A DNA stretch of 64,000 bases from Sphyrna mokarran (lineage: Eukaryota), in assembly GCA_024679065.1 (NCBI GenBank), contig JAGIQG010000013.1, forward strand, positions 43,400,001 through 43,464,000, read 5' to 3'. The position numbers were made by a program, and so were the translations under genes. Positions 63,726 through 64,000 of this stretch are shown here, one piece after another (position 1 is the first letter of the stretch; the number at the start of each line of letters is the position of its first letter). The notes under the pieces were generated by a model. The model did no database searches, had not been told where the DNA came from, and saw only the letters and a list, made by a program, of their open reading frames with translations.

Positions 63726-64000
63726 TGTTTGATACCTTGTATCATTGTCTGTCAGGCAGCCTCAAACAATAGTATCTTTCTTACCCACTGCAGGCAAATA
63801 AGTAGATATATTGGTTCCTATCATTTACCCTAGTTAGGTAATATTATCTCAGGCTTTCTAATTTTCCTTATTGTCTTTCTCTTTTCCACTCTCTGGTTTC
63901 CTGTATTTCTTGATCTGTCTATCTTTCAGCCTGCTGTTTTGCTCTCCTTCCAACTCCCATTCTGTCTCTGAGCGGCATAGCGGTTAGCACTGCTGCTTCA
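63726..64000 (+). repeat. Second copy of a local direct duplication (first copy 59774-59827 + 62606-62829)
   Basis: Colinear near-identical non-repeat sequence with scattered substitutions; lacks the CR1 insertion. Confidence 0.9.

Overview
Repeat-dense, AT-rich vertebrate genomic DNA. The repeat landscape (CR1 LINEs, HE1/V-SINE-type and DeuSINE-type SINEs, Rex1/Babar, Penelope-like elements) points to a cartilaginous fish (inference). Most ORFs in the supplied track are retroelement fragments or noise. By reading splice sites I assembled one multi-exon minus-strand gene (36780 to ~26435) encoding a heavily N-glycosylated type I membrane protein: leader, single IgV domain lacking the B-strand Cys, two stalk exons, TM and a short tail. 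A second leader exon (3271-3187) runs off the left edge. The most unusual signal is a family of Penelope-like retroelement insertions, mostly short fold-back hairpins with 13-bp target duplications, carrying minimal hammerhead ribozyme motifs; a GIY-YIG-coding parent fragment of the same family sits at 57569-58658. Also present: an ERV env + PPT + 3' LTR remnant, Gypsy/Mag remnants, a CR1 family with a SINE-like domain in its 3' UTR, and a local duplication that preserves the empty site of a young CR1 insertion. Repeat boundaries are approximate; exon boundaries were read by hand.
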